Below are positions 39,894 through 50,189 of a stretch of DNA of 64,000 nt, piece by piece; positions within the stretch are counted from its first letter, which is position 1, and the number at the start of each line of letters is the position of its first letter. This DNA comes from a bacterium. Lineage in GTDB: Bacteria; UBA8248. The notes below the pieces were generated by a model. That model ran no database searches. It was not told the DNA's origin and saw nothing but the letters and a program-made list of their open reading frames with translations. The translations under genes were made by a program, and so were the position numbers. The stretch covers positions 864,001 to 928,000 of the forward strand of contig CBDBZU010000004.1 in NCBI GenBank assembly GCA_965213625.1, read 5' to 3'.

Positions 39894-40611
39894 ACCGAGA
39901 AATTTGGAGAAAAGAAGAATCGTTTTAACCGGAGCCTCTAGGGGAATTGGCCGTGTGAGTGCGCTTCGCCTCGCAAAAGCAGGAGCAAGGGTTCTTGCCG
40001 TTTCGAGGGATGCCGAAGCCTTGGCGAAATTGGCCTTTGATTCCAAAGGGTACGTGGGCCAGATTTTTCCGCACAGTTGTGACGTGACGAAAGCCGATGA
40101 AGTGGAAGCGCTTAGCGAAATGGCAGAAAAAAGACTTGAGGGGGTGGATGCGCTGATAAACAATGCGGGTTCAGGTGTTTTCAAGGATATCGAAAACCTT
40201 TCGGTGGATGAATTTAACGCTACGGTCTCGGTGTGTCTCACCGCACCTTTCATGTTGACGCGGGCGCTATGCCACATGCTTGAGGCGGCGAATGGGGATG
40301 TCATTAATATATCTTCGATTAGTGCGGTGTCGGGCTTTCCGGGAGCGTCGGCTTATTGCGCCGCGAAAGCGGGACTTGAAGGACTCTCCAGGGCATTGGT
40401 CGAAGAATTGAGGCCCAAGGGGATACGTCTTACTATCCTCCGGCCTGGCGCCTGCGCAACGGATATGTGGAAATCTATTCCGGGGGAGTTCGATTTTGAG
40501 GCGATGATCCCCCCGGATCTGGTGGCGGAAGCCATAGAGTTTTTGCTCTCTCAATCCCGCAAGGCATGGACGGAATCGATGGTGGTTCTACCCCCGAAAG
40601 GTATGGTCTAG
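39880..40611 (+). CDS. SDR oxidoreductase
   Basis: TGASRGIG, NNAG, ISS, YCAAK, PG...T; overlaps the PTPS stop. Confidence 0.9.
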   Translation: MAFGEPRNLEKRRIVLTGASRGIGRVSALRLAKAGARVLAVSRDAEALAKLAFDSKGYVGQIFPHSCDVTKADEVEALSEMAEKRLEGVDALINNAGSGVFKDIENLSVDEFNATVSVCLTAPFMLTRALCHMLEAANGDVINISSISAVSGFPGASAYCAAKAGLEGLSRALVEELRPKGIRLTILRPGACATDMWKSIPGEFDFEAMIPPDLVAEAIEFLLSQSRKAWTESMVVLPPKGMV

Positions 40612-40823
40612 CGTACCCTCATCACCCTGTGAATCTGTATATTTATGATCCCCGTCTGATTTTTTAAACCCCAATTGCGTGGAACGCGCTTGTTGAAGAG
40701 GACAAAAAAAGATATAGATTTGGCCTTTGATGGAAGGGGTTCTGCAGAATTCCGATGTATGTGAAGAACGTATATATAGCGATTTTGAAAGATTAGCACA
40801 TTATTTTGGGGGGAGGTGGATCG

Positions 40824-41123
40824 TTGAGTACTGTTCGATATGAAAATCTCGATGTCGAATATGAGACGGAGATTGGAGATTCCATTCTGGACGCGGATTT
40901 GGATAAAGGAGTCGATCATACCTGCGATTGCGGTGGAAACTGCGCCTGTTCGACTTGTAAGGTGGTCGTGATTTCTGGAGCCGAGTTTCTCTCTCCACAA
41001 CAGGAAGACGAAAAAGATACGCTGGATGCCTATGGATGGAATCCGGATGAATATCGTCTGGCTTGTCAATGCATCGTTGAGGGAGAGGGCCGGATTGTCT
41101 TGAATATGCCTGAGCCTGAATAA
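40824..41123 (+). CDS. 2Fe-2S ferredoxin (adrenodoxin/ISC-like)
   Basis: CGGNCACSTC...RLACQ; TTG start with GGAGG RBS. Confidence 0.9.
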   Translation: MSTVRYENLDVEYETEIGDSILDADLDKGVDHTCDCGGNCACSTCKVVVISGAEFLSPQQEDEKDTLDAYGWNPDEYRLACQCIVEGEGRIVLNMPEPE

Positions 41124-41141
41124 AATTCAGGGAGCGTGTTC

Positions 41142-41777
41142 TCAGGCCCTATTCCAAGCTTGAGCCACCGAATCGAAATCAACCATACCCTCGCGCAAGA
41201 GTTTCGGCTTCTCCCCACGTACGTCCACAACAGTGGAAGGCCGGGTATTTTCTGTTGTTCCGCCGTCCAAGACCAACGATACCTTGTCTTGGAATCGAGA
41301 AAAAATCGCCTGAGCGCTTTGGAGTGGTAGCTCGCCTGATGGATTCGCGCTCGTCGCAACGAACGGGCCGACCCGCATGGCCAGGATGCGGCAAAGTGCT
41401 TGAGCGGGCATGCGCACGGCGACAGACTCCCCATCTTCGGCGAGCAGCGGAGACAGATTGGGAGATGCCGGTAGAATCAAAGTCAGGCCCGAGGGCCATA
41501 GGGAATCCATCAGTCTTATCGCGTGTGGAGTGATGTCGCGGACGAGTCCATTTAACTGGGAGCGGCAGCCGATGAGAACTGGCGCGCCTTTCTCGTCTTT
41601 TCTTCCCTTTGTTTCGTAGAGTTTTTCGATGGCCTTTTTATCAAGCGCGTGGGCGCAAAGGCCATAGATCGTATCCGTGGGCAAAGCGACAATGTTTCCC
41701 GAATCCAGTTGTTCGCCGGCTTTTTGAATAACTTCTTCTTTTGGTGAATCAGGATTCACCGGGAGGATTCTGCTCAC
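41142..41777 (-). CDS. tsaC: L-threonylcarbamoyladenylate synthase (YrdC/Sua5)
   Basis: PTDTIYGL, KGR, WP..LT, VAVR.P, TSANPSG, PSTVVD, LREG. Confidence 0.93.
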   Translation of the reverse strand: MSRILPVNPDSPKEEVIQKAGEQLDSGNIVALPTDTIYGLCAHALDKKAIEKLYETKGRKDEKGAPVLIGCRSQLNGLVRDITPHAIRLMDSLWPSGLTLILPASPNLSPLLAEDGESVAVRMPAQALCRILAMRVGPFVATSANPSGELPLQSAQAIFSRFQDKVSLVLDGGTTENTRPSTVVDVRGEKPKLLREGMVDFDSVAQAWNRA

Positions 41778-41780
41778 CGT

Positions 41781-42410
41781 CTATTTTTTCCGGTAAGTCC
41801 TTTTGGCGCGACTACGCTTGGGCCTTGATTTTTGGCCTGTACTTTTTTTGGTTTCATTTTGTGGTTGTTTCGCGCCGTCTTTTTGCGCTTGGGCGGGTGG
41901 AGGGGAGATTTCTTTCTGGAGTGCTGCGTCAGCGGCCAGAACCTTCTCGGTTTGTTGTTGCGCGAAACGTCGATATTCCTTCGCCAGTTTCTGATCGGTC
42001 AGGGCGAGTATACGGGCGGCGTGTAGGGCGGCGTTTCTGGCGCCGGGGCCGCCTATCCCCATCGTCGCAACGGGAATGCCGGGGGGCATCTGCACTGTCG
42101 AGAGAAGGGAATCGAGACCGCCGAGCGAAGAACTGTCGATGGGAACGCCTATCACGGGCAGGTCCGTAGCGGCTCCGACGACGCCCGCCAGGTGAGCAGA
42201 CATGCCTGCGCCCGCAATCAGCACCCGGATTCCGCGCTCGGGCGCATTTTTCACATATTCATGTACGGCGTCGGGTGTGCGGTGGGCCGATAAGACTCTC
42301 ATTTCAGAGGGAATGTTGAAGGTTTCGAGCGCCTTCGTGGCTTCTTCCATCACCGGTTTATCAGAAGCGCTTCCCATCAGTATCCCAACCAGGGGTGCTC
42401 TCGTGGCCAA
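41781..42410 (-). CDS. purE: N5-CAIR mutase with a basic C-terminal tail
   Basis: MGS.SD, SAHRTP, AGAG.SAHL.G, PVIGVP, QMP.G.PVAT, NAA. Confidence 0.96.
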   Translation of the reverse strand: MATRAPLVGILMGSASDKPVMEEATKALETFNIPSEMRVLSAHRTPDAVHEYVKNAPERGIRVLIAGAGMSAHLAGVVGAATDLPVIGVPIDSSSLGGLDSLLSTVQMPPGIPVATMGIGGPGARNAALHAARILALTDQKLAKEYRRFAQQQTEKVLAADAALQKEISPPPAQAQKDGAKQPQNETKKSTGQKSRPKRSRAKRTYRKK

Positions 42411-42427
42411 GAAAAGTTCTCCTATTT

Positions 42428-42817
42428 TTATTTGGGGATGAACGCGAGCAGTTCGATTTCGAGTTTTGCGCCCGCGATGATTTTCGCCGCCTGAAAAGTC
42501 GTCCGCGCCGGGGGGTCTTCCGTCCCGAAGTACTCCTCGAATACGGCGTTCATTTCCCCCAGATCCGCCAGATCTTCCATGAAAATGGTCACTTTTACGG
42601 CGTTTTTAAGCGATGTGCCGCCCGCCTCGCACACCGCCTTCAGATTCTCGATAATCTGCCGCGTCTGTTCGCCGACGCCGCCCGGAACCAGTTCTCCCGT
42701 CGCGGGGTCGAGGGGCAACTGCCCCGAGCAGTGGAGCCACTCTCCTACCTGAATGGCCTGGGAGAGCGGTACCTTGCCGGATGCGGCCTTGTCCGTATGA
42801 ACCACTCTTTTTTCCAT
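42428..42817 (-). CDS. RidA/YjgF family protein
   Basis: SQA, SGQLPLDP, NL..V, VK.TIF, MN.V...F, PPART, EIE. Confidence 0.92.
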   Translation of the reverse strand: MEKRVVHTDKAASGKVPLSQAIQVGEWLHCSGQLPLDPATGELVPGGVGEQTRQIIENLKAVCEAGGTSLKNAVKVTIFMEDLADLGEMNAVFEEYFGTEDPPARTTFQAAKIIAGAKLEIELLAFIPK

Positions 42818-43335
42818 TGTAGCTCCCCGGTGCAGGTATGTGACGCCCCATCAAAACACAAAATGCGCCTTGTGGGTATCTTTCGCGGCATGTTTCGGAG
42901 GCTACGAAATAAGTCATTTTATATCAGATAGTTGCAATGGTTACCTGTTCGCTCCAGGGGCGCCGCGCTGTGCGAATTCCCCCATTTGTCGCTGCAGGCG
43001 AGCCGCCGGGGCCGCGGTACCCTCGCAATGCTTTTGCGGGAGAGAGATTTTCACCCCCGCAGTTCCCCGCATTTGCCGTCATCGCGTGAATAGCTGCCCA
43101 TGTCAGAATTCCCCTGCGTCGCGACCCCTGCGCGCCCATTCCAGAGTAAATAAATTGCCAATAATTTATCGAAAAACCCCGTGAATTTGTCGAATTTTAT
43201 CGATATATCCAGAATTGAAAAATTAAGTTGTTGTTTATAAATCAGTTATAAATTCATCAAAATAAATGTAATCAAAACGAAAGCGGATTCATTATAACCC
43301 CAGCGCACCCTGGCGGGATACTGTCGAACGCGGAT

Positions 43336-43378
43336 GGCCGGGTAGGCGGGGCGCAGCAATGCCCCCGCCTACCCGGCC
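43336..43378. repeat. Perfect 16 bp inverted repeat (REP-like hairpin)
   Basis: ggccgggtaggcgggg-N11-ccccgcctacccggcc. Confidence 0.85.
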
Positions 43379-43393
43379 CGCGGTTTCGGTAAT

Positions 43394-43640
43394 CGATGGA
43401 GTGGACGCGCCCTCCCGGCGCCATCAAACTGGGTGTGTTGACATGGTCTGCCGCCCTTCGGGAGGAGCGAGATGGAACAGGTCCACATCATCGGCATCGA
43501 CTTGGCGAAACACGGTTTTCAACTCCAGGGCGCGCACCTGTCCTGGACGGGTCGGTCGCGTTCCGCAAGAAGCTGACGCGGGGGAAGGTGTTGGGTTTTC
43601 TGGAATCGCAGCCTCAGTGCCGGGGTTGCGATGGAGGTAG
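43394..43640 (+). mobile_element. IS110-family (IS1111-group) left end and frameshifted transposase remnant
   Basis: Near-identical to about 63588-63826; MEQVHIIGIDLAKHGF, then frameshifts and truncation. Confidence 0.9.
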
Positions 43641-43661
43641 TAGCGGCACTCGATCACGGCG

Positions 43662-43895
43662 TCATCCCGGCGCCATGAGGGCGCGCCTGCGCTCGGGGTT
43701 CATCGACCAGGGCAGCCATGCGGAGAGGTCCCCGGGTGGGCGGCCGCCGTTCTCCGCGCAGGCCGTGAGCCATGCCTCCAGCCAGCGGAGTGGGTCGATG
43801 CCGTTCAAGGAGAGTGTGCCGAGGACGGAGTACATCATCGCCGTGAACCCGGCACCGGCCTCGCTGTCGGAGCCGAACGAGAGCCGCCTTCCGAT
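43662..43895 (-). mobile_element. IS66 transposase C-terminal remnant
   Basis: GRR.SFGS.SE.GA...A.MYS..GT..LNGIDP..WL...L...LPW. Confidence 0.85.
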
Positions 43896-44139
43896 CACGG
43901 GGCATAAGGGACGAGTCGTTGGTGGCACGGGCAAAGGGAGTGCGAATCCCGCCCTCCTCGACTTGCGCCATGGCAGGACTTGGGCGAAATCAGAGGCGGT
44001 GAATACGATGGTGGGTTCCGGCTCGCACGGACTCTTGTTTCCTGAATCTTCGGTTCCTGACCTCGGAAGTTCAGGAAAACTCTTTTTTGGAGAGAAAACG
44101 GATACAGGAACCTGGTGAAATCTAAAGATCGTATCCGAT

Positions 44140-44160
44140 GGAAGGCGCGTCCACCCCATC
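44140..44160 (-). repeat. Isolated inverted copy of the IS110 terminal motif
   Basis: Reverse complement gatggggtggacgcgccttcc equals 63589-63609. Confidence 0.8.
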
Positions 44161-44216
44161 GTCCGGGCGCTATTCGGGAATGCGCCTGGAAACATCGTGT
44201 GAATACCCGGAATGCC

Positions 44217-46961
44217 CTAGAAGTCGGCTCTCAACTGAAAAGAGACTCCGCTGTTGCGGCTTTCGCCTTCGTATTCCAGGCCGAAGGCGAGTTGCGTGCT
44301 TTTTCGAATGGGCAGGGCGTAGCCGAGGGAATAGTGCGTCATTGGCCAGACGCGCAAATCGATCGTGGTTTCCTGTCGCTGGAGAGACTGCGATTCCCCG
44401 AAGTAGAACGCATCGACAAAACTGCTTCCGGTTGCGACGAGACGGCTGATCCGGGCCTTTCCGCTGCGAACCCCCATATTCTGGCGGACGGAAAACCGCA
44501 GGGCGTCACCGCCCCGGAATATATCCCGCCCCCGGGTCCCCACCGACCATCCTTCCGCCCGCAAGGCCGATATGCCGGCCACCATGCCGCCGGCTGCGGG
44601 GACCTCTCCGGTGCTGTGCTCGTAGCTGGCAAATCCACGCCATTTCCCGCCCAACTGGGTAGAGAAGAGCAACTGCTTTCTGAGGGTTTTCGTCCGGATG
44701 TTCCCGAGCGAACCAAAAGTCGCTCCCCAGACACTGCTTTTTTCATCGATGCGCGAGAGCTCCGCCACAAGGTCAAATCCATCGCGCTCGTGTCGCCACC
44801 GGAAGCCGTACTGGCGCCACGGCGCCCGTTCGGTTTCCCACCCGCTGACCGCAGCGAACGGCCGCGGGCCGTTCCCCTCCATTTGCAGCACGAAGCCCCC
44901 TCCGGGACGGGCGAAGAACGGGGCGGCGGCAACGGGACCGGTGGGTTGAATTGAGCCCCGTTCCCGCCACGATGAGCTCTCGCAACCCTCGCACAGTTCG
45001 TGGCGCAGCTGCCAGCGGCCCAGCGTGTCGTCGGCAATATCCATCCCGACGGCATGCGGCCTGCCGGTTCCCTGGCCGAGTTCGACGAACACGCCCCGGT
45101 TCTCGACGCGATAGCCGCCCGGCTGCGCGAGCATGTCCCTGGCGGCGGAACCAAGCGGGGGGTTTCCGGTTTCGACGTCGACGATACCGGACAGTTTCAT
45201 GTTGTAATACGCGCTTCCCACGCCGCCCACGGCAACGTCGACTGACTGCATCCGGTAACCCACGTGAGCGAGAGCGGGGGACAGGGTGATGCGGGCGTTC
45301 CGCAGTGAAACCGCCTGCGTCGCTCTTGCATCGCCGACCGAGCGCGGCAGGTGGACCCGTCCCTGCATGGTCACAGCGCTGCCCAGGTTCAACCGCCCCC
45401 AGCCATAGACGGGGTCCGGCTCGCGGGGGTTGTCAACCCGGGTCCCTACCGGATCCGCAGAGGCGAGCAAAACGGCCTGGACGACCTCCATCGGCATGCT
45501 AGGCAGCCGGCTCTTGAGCACCGCCAACGCGCCGGTCACGAACGGGGCGGCGAAGGAGGTGCCGCTGATTCCGCGACCGCCGGGGCCCACGGCGATGTTC
45601 TCGCCGGGTGCCATCAGGCACCAGTTCCGCGCCGCGCCGCATCCGTTGGAGAAACCCGCGATCTCGCCGCTCCTGTCCATCGCCCCGACGACCAGCCACT
45701 TCCCAAGCAATCCGGGCTCGAACAACGGGGCCTCCTTCCACTCTCCGCCGGAGTTGTAGTCGGCGCAGTCATCGCTCCCGCAGGCCGTTCCCCATATCTC
45801 CTTTAGCGGAATCTTGCGGTCCGGGTTGTCCGGGTCGGGCAGCCAGGTGAAGTTCTTCATGAATTCAACAGCGCTGACGGGCCCCTCGCCCAACCGGCAC
45901 CCGTCCTCCCCGTGGTGGTTTTTCCCGCACATGCGCACCTGATTGTTCCGGGAATTCCACCCCTCGTTCCCCGACGCCCACACCATCACGATGTCCGCGT
46001 TCTCGACCGCCGCCGCGACCTCGGCCATGTCTCGCCTCAGGCCGTCTACGATGATCGGCCCGAACACCGGCAGGGGTAATGTCAGCCAGACCCCTTCCCT
46101 GCCAGCGTATTCACCGAAATAGGATGTCGAGAATCCGATGCTGAAGTTCATCGCCTGCGCCCCGTTGGCAACCGCGTGCCGCACCGCTGCCGGGGGAAGA
46201 CCACCGCCGCTGAGCGCAATCGGGATGATCGACGCCTGCGGCGCGACTCCGTGGAAGTTAGGCGTGGGAATCTGGGTGCCGCCGGCGACTTTTATCCCGG
46301 AAGCCTGCCCGGAATCGTTGCCCCTCGCTCCCGCCGCAATCATGGCGACATAGGTGCCATGCCCTGTCCCGGCTCCTCCGTAGTCGATTTCGAATACCCT
46401 GTCGTTTCCGTTCACCACGTGACGCGGTGCCCTGATCCTGCCAGCCAGTTCCGGATGGGTGATATCCATCCCGTCGTCCACTATCGCGATGCTCACGCCC
46501 TGGCCGAAATAGCCGCGCTCGTAGGCCTTGTCCGCCGAGATGGCACCCAACCCGTGATGGACCCGGAATTCCGGAGTGCGGTAGTCCACGCCATCCGGCG
46601 GGGCGGGAACGCCCAGGTCCACCGGCTGGAAATCGAGTCCAACCGGATTCGGTGCGTGAGGCGCCGGCTCGCTGATAATCGCGGCGCCGCCACCCACGTC
46701 GCCGCCGCAACCGGCCGCCATAAGCAGGAAACACACCAGTATAAACAACCTCGATGATGTAACCCTGGCGATAGATGCGCGGCGCGTGACTTTCTGTGAA
46801 GGGTCAAATCCAAGAGATACCAGGAGTGCGGAATTACATCGTCTCTTTTCGAGCGAGGAAGGGACTAGGCATTTCAGCCTTCCGAGTCTTCTCCTCCGGG
46901 TCTTTCTTGCGGATGAGTTTGCTCGACCGTCATGAAATTCATACTCTGCTCGATCATCCAT
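44217..46961 (-). CDS. S8 subtilase with lipoprotein-like signal and probable C-terminal beta-barrel (true start likely downstream)
   Basis: IVDDG, GHGTYVA, ASGNEG, GTSFAAP, YGWG; LLMAAGC; ends in alternating strands with a terminal Phe. Confidence 0.9.
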   Translation of the reverse strand: MDDRAEYEFHDGRANSSARKTRRRRLGRLKCLVPSSLEKRRCNSALLVSLGFDPSQKVTRRASIARVTSSRLFILVCFLLMAAGCGGDVGGGAAIISEPAPHAPNPVGLDFQPVDLGVPAPPDGVDYRTPEFRVHHGLGAISADKAYERGYFGQGVSIAIVDDGMDITHPELAGRIRAPRHVVNGNDRVFEIDYGGAGTGHGTYVAMIAAGARGNDSGQASGIKVAGGTQIPTPNFHGVAPQASIIPIALSGGGLPPAAVRHAVANGAQAMNFSIGFSTSYFGEYAGREGVWLTLPLPVFGPIIVDGLRRDMAEVAAAVENADIVMVWASGNEGWNSRNNQVRMCGKNHHGEDGCRLGEGPVSAVEFMKNFTWLPDPDNPDRKIPLKEIWGTACGSDDCADYNSGGEWKEAPLFEPGLLGKWLVVGAMDRSGEIAGFSNGCGAARNWCLMAPGENIAVGPGGRGISGTSFAAPFVTGALAVLKSRLPSMPMEVVQAVLLASADPVGTRVDNPREPDPVYGWGRLNLGSAVTMQGRVHLPRSVGDARATQAVSLRNARITLSPALAHVGYRMQSVDVAVGGVGSAYYNMKLSGIVDVETGNPPLGSAARDMLAQPGGYRVENRGVFVELGQGTGRPHAVGMDIADDTLGRWQLRHELCEGCESSSWRERGSIQPTGPVAAAPFFARPGGGFVLQMEGNGPRPFAAVSGWETERAPWRQYGFRWRHERDGFDLVAELSRIDEKSSVWGATFGSLGNIRTKTLRKQLLFSTQLGGKWRGFASYEHSTGEVPAAGGMVAGISALRAEGWSVGTRGRDIFRGGDALRFSVRQNMGVRSGKARISRLVATGSSFVDAFYFGESQSLQRQETTIDLRVWPMTHYSLGYALPIRKSTQLAFGLEYEGESRNSGVSFQLRADF

Positions 46962-47299
46962 ATCGATGTCCTTTGTTCGGTGCTGCTTTGATTATGTCGA
47001 TAACCTGGTGTCGCATAACAGGCCAGATGCGATCCCTCTGGTGAAGTGAAGATTGGAACGCAGCCCCATCGTGTTTACTGACCACCTGTATGGTTATATA
47101 CCAAATAAGGGACCAGAATCGCCAGATCGGAGCACTATGCTACAAGGAAATTTCCACCAGGTCCGCTTTGAGAGGCTCCACCTGGTTATCTAGGAATGGG
47201 CGCTACGCTACGGGCCGATTTACCGGATCGCCATGGGCCCGCGCCGGCAGGCGGTGGTTTCGGATCTCGGCGCCATCCGGCGAATGCGGGGCCCTCGGC

Positions 47300-47822
47300 C
47301 CCACGGTTTCAGACGCGCGAGCCCGCTCGGCCCCGTGGCCGAAGAGATGGGCCTCCTCCCGGCATCTTCGCCGCTGAGGGAGAAGGCTAGCGCCGCCAGC
47401 GGCGCGTCCTCAGGGTCCAGGAGACCAAGATCGGGGAGCCGCTGGAGCTTCCGATCACCCGGCAGCTCGCCGCCACTCTCAAGCGGCGCCTCACGGATGG
47501 CGAGGAGCCCGGAGAAAAGCGGAACGGCTGGGTGTTCCCATCCCCCAGGAGCGGAGCCGGATACGTGTCGGACCTTGCGCGTTTCTATGGCGAGATTTCG
47601 GAGAAGGGTGGTGCCCGGTTCTGGTTCCACGGACTGCGCAACGCCTTCATCACGGTGGCCGAGCGCGAACTCATGCTGCCGTGACCGCTCACGAAACGGC
47701 TGGTGAACCACGCACGGCCTCAGGATGTGACTGAGGGCTACGCCGCCGACTGGAGCGTCGGGCAGCTGCGCGATCCCGCGCAGCGCATCGCCGACCGCAT
47801 CGATGAGCTGATGAAATGTTGA
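47300..47822 (+). pseudogene. Tyrosine recombinase/integrase C-terminal remnant
   Basis: ETK.GEPLELPITRQL, GWVFPSP, WFHGLRNAF...LVNH....DVTEGY, with frameshifts and an internal stop at 47682. Confidence 0.85.
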
Positions 47823-48004
47823 CTCGATATCATCAGGAAGGCGACACGAATCAGGAGGCCCTGCGCCGCGTGGTGGATATCGTGGTCACCGAAACGCGCG
47901 AGGGAATTTTTTTAAGACGGCAGAGGGGAGAACTTAACACACCCGCATATTGACGACCTGCTTCGAGCATTTCACTTTCCATTTTTTTCTGTCTGCACCT
48001 CACG

Positions 48005-48411
48005 ATGCCCGCCTTCGCCGTGGTGCCCAAGCAAAAGCGCGGCTCCCCCGCCAAGGCGAAGGAGATCGCCCTGTTCGACGGGGAAGGAGTGGAGGCGGCC
48101 TTTGCTCGCTTCAACGACCGTCCCGCACCCGACTTCAAAAACCTCGAGCTCTATATTTTCGTGATAAGGGCCAAGGATGCACTCATCCTCGCGCATGGCG
48201 TGGCTCGATCACCGATCAGCGCCGACGCACCACGCTCATCGACATGAAAGGCCTCAACATCGGCCGTGCCTTACTGGCCGGGGCAAGAGAAAAAGGGGTG
48301 TGGGTGTATTACGGGTAGAAACACCCCCTCTCCGGCAAGGTCCTGCCCAAGTCCTCATGGATCGTCCGCCACAAAGGCTATATATTCGGCTGCGGTGCCC
48401 ACAAACACTGA
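48005..48411 (+). pseudogene. Single Cache-domain protein remnant
   Basis: G.EAAFARFND...F...ELYIFV...ILAHG, then in another frame D.KG..IG...GVWV.Y.*KHP.SG...PKSSWI......IFGCG. Confidence 0.75.
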
Positions 48412-48695
48412 ATTGATTTCCGCCGCGTCCCGCGAGGACAACGACGCAACCATTGCAATGCAGACTCTTCACGGGGCTCGCATTTGTGCGCGTCCCGGTG
48501 GCGGGTACGGTTTTGCCTTTTTCGAGGCGGAGAAGTGTTATACGTGATGTAGATATCCTTCTCTCGTATTTTGTATCGACAGAAGATCGGGCTTCTGTTT
48601 CGTAATCGACCCGCAATCGGATTAATGCCATACACCGGCTTAGCAGCAACGCGATTGACATCGCTTCCCGGCAATCGACGGGATGCACGCGCCGC

Positions 48696-49490
48696 TCATC
48701 TTCCGCGCGCTAGCAACTCCCAAGAATTGCTGATGAGGAACAGCACCGCCGCCGCTAAGATGATGCACGGCCCCGCGGGCGCGTCCCATTCGACCGACGC
48801 CCAAAGGCCCGCAGCTACCGAGAAAATCCCCGCCAGAACGGCGAGCGCCGCCATCTGCTCGGGCGTTTCGGCGAAGCGCCGCGCTGCCGCCGCCGGTATG
48901 ATGAGCATCGAGGTGATGAGCAGAATCCCAATCAGCTTCATGGCGACTGCGATGATGAAGGCAATCAGAAGCATGAAGACAAACTTCACGCGGAATGTCG
49001 GGACCCCTTCGGTAGTCGCTAGTTCTTCATGCACCGTGACGGCGAGAAGACCTCGCCAGATAAAGGCGAGCGTTCCCAGCACAGCCGCGCCACCCAGGTA
49101 GATCCACCACAGATCCATCGCTCCGACGGCGAGGATGTCCCCGAAGAGGTAGCCCATCAGATCCACCCGAATCGTTTCCATCACGCTGACGGCGAAGATG
49201 CCCACTGAAAGCGCTGTGTGCGAGAGTACGCCCAGAAGCGTATCAACGGCCAGTCTCCTCTGCTTCTGAAGCAGGAGAAGCATCAGCGCAAAGCAGATGC
49301 AAGCGGTGAGAATGCCGAGCCGCAAGTCGATTCCAAAGGCGAAGCCCATCGCCACGCCGAGGAGGGCCGTGTGGGCGAGGGATTCCCCAAAATAGGCCAT
49401 CTTTCGCCAGACGATGAAACATCCCACGGGCCCCGTCACCACGGCTACGCCGACTCCGCCCAGAAGGGCGCGAATCATGAAATCTTCCAT
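48696..49490 (-). CDS. znuB: Zinc ABC transporter permease
   Basis: GCFIVWRKMAYFGESLAH, DTLLG, DLMGYLFGDILAV, EELA..EG, G.LLIT..LIIPAA.A. Confidence 0.93.
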   Translation of the reverse strand: MEDFMIRALLGGVGVAVVTGPVGCFIVWRKMAYFGESLAHTALLGVAMGFAFGIDLRLGILTACICFALMLLLLQKQRRLAVDTLLGVLSHTALSVGIFAVSVMETIRVDLMGYLFGDILAVGAMDLWWIYLGGAAVLGTLAFIWRGLLAVTVHEELATTEGVPTFRVKFVFMLLIAFIIAVAMKLIGILLITSMLIIPAAAARRFAETPEQMAALAVLAGIFSVAAGLWASVEWDAPAGPCIILAAAVLFLISNSWELLARGR

Positions 49491-49530
49491 CAGGTGCTCC
49501 TGCGGAGGCATCTGCCGAGTTCGCTGATCC

Positions 49531-50142
49531 TCATTGCGGAAACCCCAAAACCAGCAAGTCGTCGGTGAACTCCATGACGAGGTGGAGATCGTGTGAAATC
49601 ATCAGGACGCCGCAACCCCTCTCGTCCCTTATCTGCATGATCAGGCGGTGGAGATCGGTTTGTCCGGCCATGTCCACGTTCTGGATGGGTTCGTCAAGAA
49701 CAAGGAGTTCGGGGTCGCGCAGCAGAGCGCGGGCGAGAAGGACGCGCTGGCGCTCACCGCCGGAAAGGGTTCCGACGGGGCAGTCCAGCAGATCCCCTGC
49801 GCCGACTTCCCCGAGGCTCTCTTCCATCTCCTTTCGAGACGGTTTTTGCGTCAAGCGCAACAATCTGCGTACTGTGAGAGGAAGTGTTGGGTCCACCGTG
49901 AAAACCTGGGGGACATAGCCGACCTTGAGGCCCTCCTTTCTGTTCACCTCGCCCGTATCGGGCTTCAGCAGACCGAGCAATATGCGGATGAGCGTGGTTT
50001 TCCCCGAACCGTTGGGGCCGACAATGCAGAATATTTCGTTTGCCGATATCTCAACGTCTATGTCTTCAAAAACAGGCTCCTCCCCGAAGCTCAAAGCTAG
50101 ATCATTGGCGGTAATGAGCGGTGTCCGGCCTCTAATCATCAC
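49531..50142 (-). pseudogene. znuC: Zinc ABC ATPase, C-terminally truncated
   Basis: GPNGSGKT, GYVPQ...DPTLPLTV, LSGGE.QRVLLARAL, LDEP, SHDLHLVM, then an abrupt end. Confidence 0.8.
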
Positions 50143-50189
50143 CGGACTCGGGGCGACGGCCGTTGATTTCCAGAACGGGCGTCGCCATC

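Noticed and set aside
47682-47684. In-frame TGA inside the integrase remnant as a third Sec codon
   Set aside because: Not at a catalytic Cys position, and the gene has other frameshifts; an ordinary nonsense mutation.
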